From the IMG/VR virus record IMGVR_UViG_3300030116_002442: 64,000 bases of DNA; one strand, written 5' to 3'. Every line of letters begins with the position of its first letter. The stretch's first letter is position 1. A program made the translations under genes and the position numbers. Of the stretch, positions 19,601 to 27,500 are shown piece after piece. Under the pieces are notes generated by a model. The model saw only the letters and a list, made by a program, of their open reading frames with translations, was not told where the DNA came from and searched no databases. The DNA comes from an uncultured virus (IMG/VR IMGVR_UViG_3300030116_002442) (lineage: Duplodnaviria > Heunggongvirae > Uroviricota > Caudoviricetes).

Positions 19601-22600
19601 AGGTGTGTTCCAAAACTCACCTAAATATATGTGTGCGTTTTCATGGAAAAAAGTTTCTTGTGTAGCCGAACCAGCGTCTAAGAATATAGAAAGGCCGTGA
19701 ACAAAACCAAGTCTTCTTAAACCTTCTTCTGTTTGCATTAAACTGTCAAAGACCACAAGATTAATACCCTTCTTTTTAAGTTTATTACGAAAAGCTTTTT
19801 CAAAAGCAATATATCTTTTTGAATATTTAACAGGAGATGGCTTTACTTTATCTGTTTGGTCCATCGTGTCTTTCTCTTCTTTGCCTTTATTCCTTTCTTT
19901 TTCTTTCATAGCAGAATCTGCGGACCTTTCTGCTTGTTTTTGATTTACCCCTTGTTGTAACGCTACCTTTTCAGCATGAAGCTTTAACATTTTTTTTCTT
20001 GCAGCCTCTGCTTTTTTAGTATTTCCTTTTTCTGTTTCCTCTCTAAATTCTGTAGCTAAATTACTTATTTCTTTTTCTAAACTTTTAACTTTAGATTTCG
20101 AAGCTAACCTAGAACCCTTCTGTTTATTTTTAGCTATTGTTTCTGCGGCCTTCTTAGTTAACCCAGTAGCCTCAATTGCACCACCTGGACCTATTATATC
20201 ATAAGTACCTTTATTGTTCTTTACAGCCTTATATTTATAATATTGGTTTGGTTTAGTTTTGTCTTTAATTATTTTATTAGCTTCTTTTTTAGTGAGCGTA
20301 TTTATTTCAGAATCAGTGTAACCTAAATTATTTAAACTAGTTCTTAATTTACCTTTAGGCTTTTCTTTTAGTTGTTCTTTTTTAATTTTAGTAGCCTCTC
20401 TTTTTTCTTGTTCTTTTTTAACCTCAGCTTTTTTATTTTGTCTTTTTTGTTTATGTTCTTTTATTTTATTTTCGTAAAAAGTTTTAGAATCAGAATATAA
20501 CTGAGGTATAAGTTTTTCGTAATTTTGTATAGTTTCTTTATGAGCGTCTTCTGCAAGTTTGTATTCTCTATTAATAAAATCTATTTGTTGTTTTCTTGCT
20601 TTTGGGTCTTTTATAGTTTCGTTTACACTATCTATTTCAGCTTGTTTCCCTTCTTGTAACTCTAGTAACTGTCTTTCAGAAGAATCTTTATAATAAGCTA
20701 TTTCAGCTAATTGTTTTCTAGCTTGAGGTGTCAACTGTTTAAGAGTTTGGTTATCATGTTTCTTAAAAGTTTCTTCCATAGAATTTAAAGTATCTTTCCA
20801 TTGTTCTGCTTGTTCTTTATCTACTTTACCTTCTTTTACCATTTGGTCTAATTGAGCCACACCAGCCTCTGTGCCTCTTTCTGAAACTATGCCTAGTAAA
20901 AAAGATTCTTGAGCTAGTTCTTTTTCTATCATGGCCTTTTGTTCTGGCGTGTATTCATTTGGATTTAAACCCATTTCTTTTGCTTTAGCAGCTTGTCTAG
21001 CAAAAACCCTGTTATAATCATTAGAGTCTGTTAGACCAGAATTTTCTATTTTTTTATCTAACTCAGCGCTTCTTAATGCAGTCACATTAACTAACTCTTT
21101 AAACATATTAGCTGTTGGTTTTACCATAGCCAATGAACCAGGAGCTAAAGCTGCAGCTCCAGACAAAACTCTAGTTTCCATAGCATGCTCACTAGAATAA
21201 TAACCCCAATAATCATCTTGGTAGTTAACACCATCTATTATAAAATCTTTACCTACAGCTTGATGAGCTCTTCTTTGAGCAGACCAGTCTTGATAAGTTT
21301 CTTGAACTTGCTCCATTCTAAAGTCAGTATAAACAAGACCACTAGTTACAGCTAATTCTGTAAAGGATGGTAAAAAGGTTCCAGCAGAATTTGCTTTTAT
21401 TTTTGCACCTACACCTCCAACAACTTTTGACATTACTAACCACTTCATAGCATCAACATGTAAATAAGCTAAATTATCTACATATGTTCTAAAGCCCGCA
21501 GTTGCCGCCTGGTCTCTAGACGCTCCCATTTCTAAAGCATCTCTATGCGCTTGACCAGCTAACATAACTCCTTCTAGCATATTACCACCCATAGCACCAC
21601 CTGCTAACCCAGCAAAGTCTTTACCTTTCCAAATTATTTTAGGTGCTTTACCCATTCCTTTAGAGCCGAAAAATTTAGCGCTATTATTTATACCTTTAGT
21701 CGTTAAACCCGCAACATAATTTAATGGCTTAGCTACATTGACCGCTCCAAATGTAGTTGCAGCAGCTTTGGTTTTAGCAAACCTAGAAAACTTAGCACCC
21801 CCATATGCAAATGCTATTACGTTAGGTATAAGCCTTGCAACTTTAGTGTACCAAAATTGAAGGTTACCCATTTGTTTATAACTTATTTGTATTTTACCGT
21901 TTTCATCTTTAGTAAAAAACTTTTCTTCTAAGGCTTTATCATATTTTATATCTTCATCAAAACTACCATACCAATCTCCTATTTCCCAAAAAAAATCTGA
22001 CACATGCTGTGTAAGGTCTACACCTGTTAACATTTGAGTAAAACTTTCTGCGTTTTTAGCATTATTATTTACTTGTTCTCGTTTTTGTTTTCCCCATTCT
22101 TTTCCCATTCCTATCTCCCCTATATAAGTTAATCCATGAGCACCTAACCTACTTGCTTCTAGAAAAAGACTATCCCCCAAGCTAACTAAATCACCAAAAG
22201 TATTAAATAATAAATCTCCTAAAAATCCAGCTGTTAAACTTCGTATAGCTTGACCAGCTACAGTATATGTGTTCTTAGTTACATCAGAATTTAATGCAGC
22301 TGTCCAAACTTCAGGTCCAGCTGTTTCTGGTAAACCTAGTTTATCTGCTACGCTAATTCTTTCTTCTTGATATTGTTGCCCACTAAAAAAAGGAGAGTAT
22401 TGATAACCCAACTCTTGACCTTTCATTAATTCATCTTTAACTCTTTGAGGTCTATCAAACACATCTTGGTTTACAAAACCAAATTGACCATCTTGTGGTT
22501 GAGCTGTTTGCTCTAAATATGATGCAGGTATATCACGAACACTTATGTTCATTTTATTCTCAGGAGTAATCCTGCCCTTATCATATAACATAGCTTCTTG

Positions 22601-22660
22601 TTCTGGTGTTGCTACACCGCTACGAATTGACTCGTCAAATATTTTTTTTGTTGTTGACAT
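10655..22660 (-). CDS. giant virion RNA polymerase (crAss-type, double-psi beta-barrel) with zincin-like HExxH region
   Basis: 4001 aa; QRVPAS...GSDLDGDAL catalytic DxDGD (nt ~15605-15625); FFHENAH (~19630-19650); position after ejection proteins as in crAss-like phages. Confidence 0.85.
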   Translation of the reverse strand: MSTTKKIFDESIRSGVATPEQEAMLYDKGRITPENKMNISVRDIPASYLEQTAQPQDGQFGFVNQDVFDRPQRVKDELMKGQELGYQYSPFFSGQQYQEERISVADKLGLPETAGPEVWTAALNSDVTKNTYTVAGQAIRSLTAGFLGDLLFNTFGDLVSLGDSLFLEASRLGAHGLTYIGEIGMGKEWGKQKREQVNNNAKNAESFTQMLTGVDLTQHVSDFFWEIGDWYGSFDEDIKYDKALEEKFFTKDENGKIQISYKQMGNLQFWYTKVARLIPNVIAFAYGGAKFSRFAKTKAAATTFGAVNVAKPLNYVAGLTTKGINNSAKFFGSKGMGKAPKIIWKGKDFAGLAGGAMGGNMLEGVMLAGQAHRDALEMGASRDQAATAGFRTYVDNLAYLHVDAMKWLVMSKVVGGVGAKIKANSAGTFLPSFTELAVTSGLVYTDFRMEQVQETYQDWSAQRRAHQAVGKDFIIDGVNYQDDYWGYYSSEHAMETRVLSGAAALAPGSLAMVKPTANMFKELVNVTALRSAELDKKIENSGLTDSNDYNRVFARQAAKAKEMGLNPNEYTPEQKAMIEKELAQESFLLGIVSERGTEAGVAQLDQMVKEGKVDKEQAEQWKDTLNSMEETFKKHDNQTLKQLTPQARKQLAEIAYYKDSSERQLLELQEGKQAEIDSVNETIKDPKARKQQIDFINREYKLAEDAHKETIQNYEKLIPQLYSDSKTFYENKIKEHKQKRQNKKAEVKKEQEKREATKIKKEQLKEKPKGKLRTSLNNLGYTDSEINTLTKKEANKIIKDKTKPNQYYKYKAVKNNKGTYDIIGPGGAIEATGLTKKAAETIAKNKQKGSRLASKSKVKSLEKEISNLATEFREETEKGNTKKAEAARKKMLKLHAEKVALQQGVNQKQAERSADSAMKEKERNKGKEEKDTMDQTDKVKPSPVKYSKRYIAFEKAFRNKLKKKGINLVVFDSLMQTEEGLRRLGFVHGLSIFLDAGSATQETFFHENAHIYLGEFWNTPAVQALVDLIIKKDKDGKFINPLYENIKHDYLGKVLFSKKGKVFTFSQLLREGIPNLVTYSEWVNRAQNKGKTRAQYFKWAKTQMKGYKELSVEKQRYIQEEALADLMGKKLDEQDLDKKIVKKEQEKTKNAIRRFWDFLKNIFTKKEAKEILEKTGHDKLSQDLDSAVENVVKDYKNKDGYYYSTRATRASDIASNYETLEHLDRTPSINSRVSKQLDNEINSLKSEDYIEEINRSPYREDGKPTPAGKRKAKQFILDNQRTLKALLKNYYQVSMDQEAIDHLDNNWTSLLNQSLRNQISTNVELLSENQQDEFESDTEMGTMDAYIDNKRSGEGEGLSNAINEYSMFEEIDGKKMGSKEVRKILYTIGWGNRDFKNFKTKANEALLNLKFNRDQSNEMRVFGRFINLLTEIYTDTKYEGPNKNMIDNVIQDLHHELNGMKRIDYHISYFSNGKLQIKRHGAASKNIIQNDIVNRINGFLTIPVNNTPNSNNVYSGQERYKIKFLSRLGGLNTLVNSNKSLSEKRKGIANFIHSNLVPSNYRESISPAEIETMEIVDEFIPTEENPGLVSELIKDVGVFIFDGRRPKNVDAQINSAIKGLTTKLSKENFTNTEIKNLKSLIQYSKENNTYENKNIFPRVNLSLKNGNIEFASTRIKKQVHPYGAVKKIVNSISATISLGEFDSQTRMPAGEKTNLLSKKHQVDFLLEKIENMSQEDFAIFGDNKIAQAMRDGKIKPEDVVQMIGGIVNGNAYNAGFETSNQRTMMDIAEIANAIVSKQRGSYSQSVSILSDKTMQLRINNVPILSFNEAWTEAENISNKGDKFLKNKEGETLEVFDLYDKNKTKLKQEVLKLEKFIASQPLDLISNDIKTKMNGDRSAYLNFLSVIVLNYAVNKHYAKDLLIGPAKHFSGPNDYIKRAAGSVAMHMQWDSDSRIEPIMLKDVKVDGVNKTDACTFITESMAKRMVEQKYGGIRKVGKHYKFVYNGQNLDNKTFAKTAGERFPFYGKTNVFILNKDFLAKNPGFESLNTALELRDNATPGNVMPIAMFDSAIKNQSTGLSNSLISVDKLASFNENNGELLNKHQDNLFKDEDTYGLDGSFFGIQTELDKQSTSSTIAKQILFHLNSIPADIKNSSNVQQLFVEAFKSKVDEVLNQHFISGELTDVKIKKVSEKLAKEADTNIFAQAAIDLLAIGSFDNGSIELRRKLSQSLLKKRGLRMRGKGGITYQSTDFGVGTNVNLNNVSTNEKLGLKPYRKVGNKYEPAEIAIHENLIPGVEAETLIGKRLVLQRVPASKLGDAVVGKVTQIIRKSGSMVMIPSQMSDIIGSDLDGDALHVLAEHQGDKLTDSQQKYNKAINSMMNLMLSDKYHTYMSKSIDFGGVVRQAKNEINNTKGVEYTKSDINDLSIVNDNKKFRSNREGNKNIGKAALFNTLYKVLSSYGVSTKGNASVNNQIVKVKNGKQVRLRIDNNYQGKDGRGFNLAYLLNIFLDDANKGNASELNMNEHTFTSWSQLLSKGVPFSDASIIMNAPVAKEYVELLQNNPNMKNFDAVRTILKKMGITEPIFKLSAAPISLNNINNKNSRIGVLQLISTLGNKKLQNNLRTLGDLSNLDSSLPKTSTGVKDLIRKAIGLSYDGNKEVVINVGNLFNKKISKKELQEFEKDLRLGNVNSILNNVKFNHPLLQRNFEILLKQANVANSDPAYAGGWSSIIEKIIPFNSSDFNFISEEEIIKMENTVRAVRLAQEKTLYNFNLTGVFEDAYSKNEKVMDALTKDTTSYESILHFGISHLEQMADGGQYSFIQDFLDIKTLDTATVRESTGKATSIAIKNGKLIAKGIKVKDLKQNKRVSPNSRAISNPVEARKAFEKLPKSAQDFLLAYDLAMNGHHGPNALLPYLGNKAAKVSNATKQQLTSSERQLSLKGKLTQPYVNAIAEYVMVNNKNINNSVFIDESFKVEGNKIVRDNTEGISVSHNSIVSVQALSNNGKNISVLYKAEVNKETDKVTLRPIAPSFTKDKRMPTKIDVQQQRDKSIESDETTIVGDEVFSQVETRINHKTIGEVDGVEIKDDDGLYAMDERYQSEEERYYNVKKPILNEQEYANQFVGTHVNLNKLKEEDKQSYNKLMESFVKYQQDVDKIAILEETYFTKNDTGVVSIDSSEFSIDDVLSILKNEINLLDPVATADIREKMSRALGAKMHLATIQQVLKAAKDQGFTQQQVDALLDIQQKLQVGDKLSSNDISWVQMWVDANISSAQRGEISFILNDLNKSEMHHNKELRRIRRKINKSYDKLLKSRLKFFKGIPWFVHKFIHGYIPYGRLFYNKFVFGNLIEEVEGVDSKTGRYYRSIRLRDFTSTNGTVSVQKMKDAGLTEAEMEYYKMYVETTTMFENHLAQKMGPNGKPLLEDGRGPTYIPNMPASKFEMMINRNMTAAYIGHNYDAKLRNIHVVGMIDGVRTTAPLGHFIEHYKVKQYEQGKGSQDFRSRREIKRLMNQANRYVKSGVDANGDAVILSDDIVDISNGHTFNRSLSARSTSAEFSASFDIHGNLDKYVRKNLWMHGLDSQSGFSFKGFQEKLPLIDAAISYNSFKDQPYAARWIRELLKDKFILQKGRKSIFTKDGKRHWGDNIFDNLQKWTMLIGLGMNVTAAIGNVAIGKYNSFRRGGIKGWARGESRFFGIGQGGVYNNEARRKATAIAVEFGVITDAVDQSTEGLFEGGFGKIMFMPMSVSEKWIQRVGFVGQLTNEEFNSFTVNEEGEIVVIDSEVYEQLTKNADQYKSDVYGVQGRGYTALDQRLMQNYSLLTNILQFKRWFPTFISDRWGGEKIDRFNRGQIGASRATFSFIRDIVKDGEVDVRKWRGRFENLPKGRQEAIARAYRGTLGMVVVLGLMTMAAGDDDEQSGTHKELQDLFWDMCLLMNVDRIEYLMGMPSIDTGLNILHGIKHVTTGAKYQRDSKYGKKGESKAKGVVPRLFPKPVRRYFQRELD

Positions 22661-22663
22661 ATA

Positions 22664-24550
22664 TTAATCTTTTTGCTCTGCTTGACCATCTCCGTAAGTC
22701 ATATAGCTTGCGTATATTAATTCAGAGTGGTCCATAATACTCATAACCTCATCATCTGTTAAACCTGCTTTTCTTAATAAATCTAAATAACCTGAATAAT
22801 CACCTTTCTCTAAAGCTCTTATGTGTTCTTTATATTTTGTTTTACCCTCTTCACTACCTATATAACTTAAGCTTTCTGAAGGATTGTTATCCATAACATC
22901 TTCCATAACGGTTGATAACAGAAGTGCTCGAGCTTTAAAGTCTATATCATCATTAAAGTTATGATTTCTAAACACTGTATTTATTGAACTATCTAATGTT
23001 CCTACTAAATTACGAGTGTTTTCTACATTGTAAGCAAATGGCCTACCTTCTTGCCATTGATATATAGCAGCAGGACCTTCACCCCTTGGTGTTCTTTTCA
23101 TTCTAAAGTGTGACTCTCCTAGTTTTTTATCCATCTTAGACATAAGCACTTCATTGTCCATGTTAATTTCAACATATCTAAAATCGTCTTCACCTTTACC
23201 ACCTAACCATCCGTCATCATCTCTTAACACAATAGCCATAATTGGTATTTTTTTCAATTCAGCATCTTTTCCATCTTCTACCTGTTCTCTAGAAACAAGT
23301 TTATACTCTGGGTTACCTCTATTATCTTTTCTTCCCGTATCTACTTTAAACATCATTTGTACATCATAAAACTTCCAGTCATCAGAACCAAAGTGCAAAC
23401 CATAATCATTACTTCTCCATTCACCTGCATTTATAATTTTACCTTCATCTGTATAAACAGAAGCTAATCTACTACCTTGTAGCTCCATAACTTCTTCAAA
23501 AGTTAATTCTCCATCCCAATTATCTCCTTTATCCCCAAACAAAGTTTCTACTATTTCTTGATGTTTACTACCCATCATGCTGTGACCATATATTTTTTTG
23601 TTTTGAGTTTCTCTACTTGCTCCATCCATAGTCGGTTTAAACTCAAACCCAAGCTCTAGGTTTTCAATAGATTGCATATTGTCTTTCATGTTAAAGAAAT
23701 AAGAAGGGTCATTTAAAAAACCAGAATCAAGTGTACCAAAACCTCCCATGTTTCCAAAAGAGTTTTTAATTTGATATGTATGACTTTTATGATTAGCTAT
23801 ACTCCTAGCGTTTTCATCTGCTTGATGCCATCTAGTAGTCTCTCTTTTACCCATTCTACTTGACACATAATACAACAACTCATCTTGATATTCACCAGCG
23901 TCTTTTTCAAGATACTCCATACCATTATCTATTTGATAATCTTGTAAATATGCAAAATAATTTTTTGCTAAATAAGCCTCTTCAACACTACCATAGTTTT
24001 GTAATTCTGTATCTGAAGGGTCCAACTTATCTGTATAAGAACCAGCAAATTGAAAAGCTCCCATCTCTCCATTCATATACTTTTTAAAATTTTCCGCATC
24101 TCTTTTGGAAATTAAATGTGGATTCTCATCTAAATCTTTTAAATACTTTGCAACTTCTTCTTGATTAGACATTATGATTTGAGCTAAATCACTATTTAGT
24201 ATAGAATCTCTATATTCATTTATAGCTTGTCTACCTCCTGCCTGCATAAATTTAACAAAATCTCCACCAAAATAATTTAATTGATTTTTTAATTTATTTT
24301 CTGCGTCTTGAACAATATTTTGCATATCAGCTTTGTGACTAGGTATTGCATTTTGAACTAAAAATTGAGCTTGACTTTCTAAACTTTTCATTCTATTAGT
24401 GTAGTTCACTTCTAGTTGCTTCTCCTCCATAAAATTTTGCATTTGTGTTTGCAATAATTTAGATTGAGTTTCTATTTCTCGCCTAGCTCTTTCTCTGCCT
24501 TCTTGAGCAGAGGTACCCCAGTTACCTATAATATTTAAATAATTTGACAT
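22664..24550 (-). CDS. putative ejection/cargo protein
   Basis: 628 aa, helical N-terminus, directly upstream of the vRNAP; ends EQKD. Confidence 0.6.
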   Translation of the reverse strand: MSNYLNIIGNWGTSAQEGRERARREIETQSKLLQTQMQNFMEEKQLEVNYTNRMKSLESQAQFLVQNAIPSHKADMQNIVQDAENKLKNQLNYFGGDFVKFMQAGGRQAINEYRDSILNSDLAQIIMSNQEEVAKYLKDLDENPHLISKRDAENFKKYMNGEMGAFQFAGSYTDKLDPSDTELQNYGSVEEAYLAKNYFAYLQDYQIDNGMEYLEKDAGEYQDELLYYVSSRMGKRETTRWHQADENARSIANHKSHTYQIKNSFGNMGGFGTLDSGFLNDPSYFFNMKDNMQSIENLELGFEFKPTMDGASRETQNKKIYGHSMMGSKHQEIVETLFGDKGDNWDGELTFEEVMELQGSRLASVYTDEGKIINAGEWRSNDYGLHFGSDDWKFYDVQMMFKVDTGRKDNRGNPEYKLVSREQVEDGKDAELKKIPIMAIVLRDDDGWLGGKGEDDFRYVEINMDNEVLMSKMDKKLGESHFRMKRTPRGEGPAAIYQWQEGRPFAYNVENTRNLVGTLDSSINTVFRNHNFNDDIDFKARALLLSTVMEDVMDNNPSESLSYIGSEEGKTKYKEHIRALEKGDYSGYLDLLRKAGLTDDEVMSIMDHSELIYASYMTYGDGQAEQKD

Positions 24551-24562
24551 ATTCTTTATTTA

Positions 24563-27500
24563 TTAAGTGCCATCTTCTCCTGGAACTTCTTCATCTCCTC
24601 CAGGGTTAATCATATTGTCTGTTATAAATTGGTCTGCTTTAGATTCAAATTCATTAAACATATCTTCAAACTGAAGCCTCATACTTTGCAAGCCACTTTC
24701 TATTATGGGTTGCATGGTCTTCATGGTTTCTTTATGAGACATGTCTCCAAGAATTTTATTAATAATAGAACCCCCCATAGCTCCCCATACTTCAGACTTT
24801 CTTACTGCTTCTTGATACTTTTGATTGTTTTCTACAGTCTTACCTTTTAAAGCAAACTCTTCTGCAAAGTTAAGAACTTTTCCGTAATGCTCCATATTCT
24901 TTAATCTTTGTTGTGAATCCATAGCGCCCATTTTCAACAATCCCTCAACACGATTAGCATTTAACACACCTGCATTAGCTAAAAAAGTAGCTCTATTTCC
25001 ACCAGAAGCTCTTAATGCATTTTTAATACCTAAACTATACGCGTTAGTTAACTCGTTTCTCATAGCATATTTTGTCTTAGGGTCCATACCTGACTGAGCC
25101 ATTTCTTTAGACATTCTTTGAAAGGCTTGATACTCACCTGATAATTTAGGTCTTTCTTCTACAGGTATATCTTTTAATGCTTTACCTAACCCAATTAAAC
25201 CCACACCTGCTTGTAAAGCTGTTATAGCAGAGTCTCCGTGTTCAGTAAGGAAGCTAGTAATCTTTTCTTTAGCCTGCCCCCATGGGTCATATTGACCAAC
25301 ATCTACACCTTCTACGCTAGCTGATGTTTTAGATGAATCTTTTAAGTTTTCATAATAAGTATTCATCTGTGCCTCAGTCATCAAAGTTGGCGTGTATATA
25401 GCATCGTCACCTTCAGTGGCGCTAAAATTTTGTAGCACATAATAATTACCAGTATTTGTGTCCATCCATCTACCTTCTTCATCTTTTTCTGCACCTGGTG
25501 GTAACCATATAGTATGACTATACCTCTTGCTAGGGTCATCAGACCTGTAATCATCGGCGTCATAATGGTCAAATATATTAGTTTTAATTTCATCACCAGT
25601 ATAATTCGATAACATATCATCAGCTTCCACCCATCCATTTTCTGCATACCATTCTCTTTGTGCTTTAGTAGTATTAACACCCCAGGTTCTTAAATTAATA
25701 TCTCCACTATTTACCCAATTTAAATCTTCATATGTTACGCTTGTATCCCCTTCATTTTTATAATAACCATATTGAATCCTTCCATCTTTTATTTTTATAG
25801 CACTACTTCTAGAGCCACCTTCATCTCGATTTTTAACTTTAGTATTTCTTTCATTTGCAAAAAAATGTTGGTCGTGTTGGTCATCTATTTCATTACCTCG
25901 TTTTATTCGCAAATTTCCTTTTTTATCAACATATGTGCCAGGAGGAAAATAAGAATCTGCAGGTAGATTATCTATAACAACATCATTACCTTGATAATCT
26001 TTTAAAGTTTGAGTCCAACCTGTATTTTTCATTGACTCAGGTGTGTGTTGCCAACTCCATATAGCTTCACCATTTGAATAATAATCGCGATTTTGTTTAT
26101 ACACAAAACCTTGTTCATCTGTATAAAGACCATTAGCTCCTTTTGTTACACCAGGTTCAAACCACTTACTGTATTCAGGAGCCCAAGTGTAACCTTTTGA
26201 TGTTAACGTGTCTGCTTGTAATAGTTTAAAATTTCTTTGGGTTTCGGTATCAGATTCATTTAAAAGCCCAACATAAGTGTTTTCATCAGAATTTCCAGTA
26301 TATTTAATTCCATAACTTTGGTCTAATATAGAACCTTCTTCCATATTAGAATATGTATACTCGCCCATATCTTCCCAATCAAGAGTTACATTACTACCCT
26401 GAAATTTTCCTTTAGTTATAGGGACAGATATGGTTACTTGCGCACTATTTAAATTACCAACATGATAACCTTTGCCTTGAAATTGTGTATATATACTACT
26501 TTTTGAAGTATCATTATATCTATTTTCTACTAAATCAAACCTTTCATCTTCTGAGTAATTAGTTGAAACACTACTATTTATAGTTTTGTCTACATACCAA
26601 TTTCCATCAGCGCCTCTATAAGCATCGGGTGGCATCCAATAACCTTCTTTAGAATTCCATTTAAATCCTGATTTTTTATAAGTTTCGCTGTTTTTTATGT
26701 TTTTTGGCATATGAAGATGATAAACACTTTCATTATTTCTTTCATCTAACTCCACACGAAAACCATTAGGAGTAAACCATTCTCCATTTTTCTTATAATA
26801 ATTGCCTGGATAAAATGCATCTTGGTCAGAGTCATATTGATAACCTAGTTCTTTTATTTTTCTTAAACCTTTATTTGTAGGTTTCCAATAACCACTTTCT
26901 CCAGTAGAATCTGCAGGGTCAAGCACACCCTCATCAGACAATTTATATTCTATTCCTTTATTATCTATTTTTCTTAACCTACCTAAACTATCTCTAAATA
27001 CACCTGACTCAGAATACATAGTAGTAGTTTTAACATCCCAAAACCCACCATTTTCTATGGTTCGGATTTTATTCATAAAATCTTTACCCCTAGTTATATC
27101 ATCTTGATTAGAATCTATACCTCCTATAAAATCTTCATAAGTATATTTTTTATCTGTAAATTTAAACTCACCGTTAGAACCCCAATAATATGCGAGACCA
27201 TCTTTATTTACCCAAGCTCCATACTTATCTATATAAGAACCAGGAGGATATATCATCAAACCAGTACGACCATCAGGTGTAGTTATTTCTCCATATGTGG
27301 TATCTACAACATACCCATCTTCTTTTAACTCTATTAAGTTTTCAAAAGCAGTTATCATACCGCCTGGAGTTTTCATGGCTCCAAAACCTTGTTCCATAGA
27401 TGCTTGTAGTTCTCTAGGAACTATAATGTTTACATCTTCTGGACTTGTATATAAAGAATTAAATTGCTCTGGCGTGTATGCTAATCCTGTGTCAGGGTCA

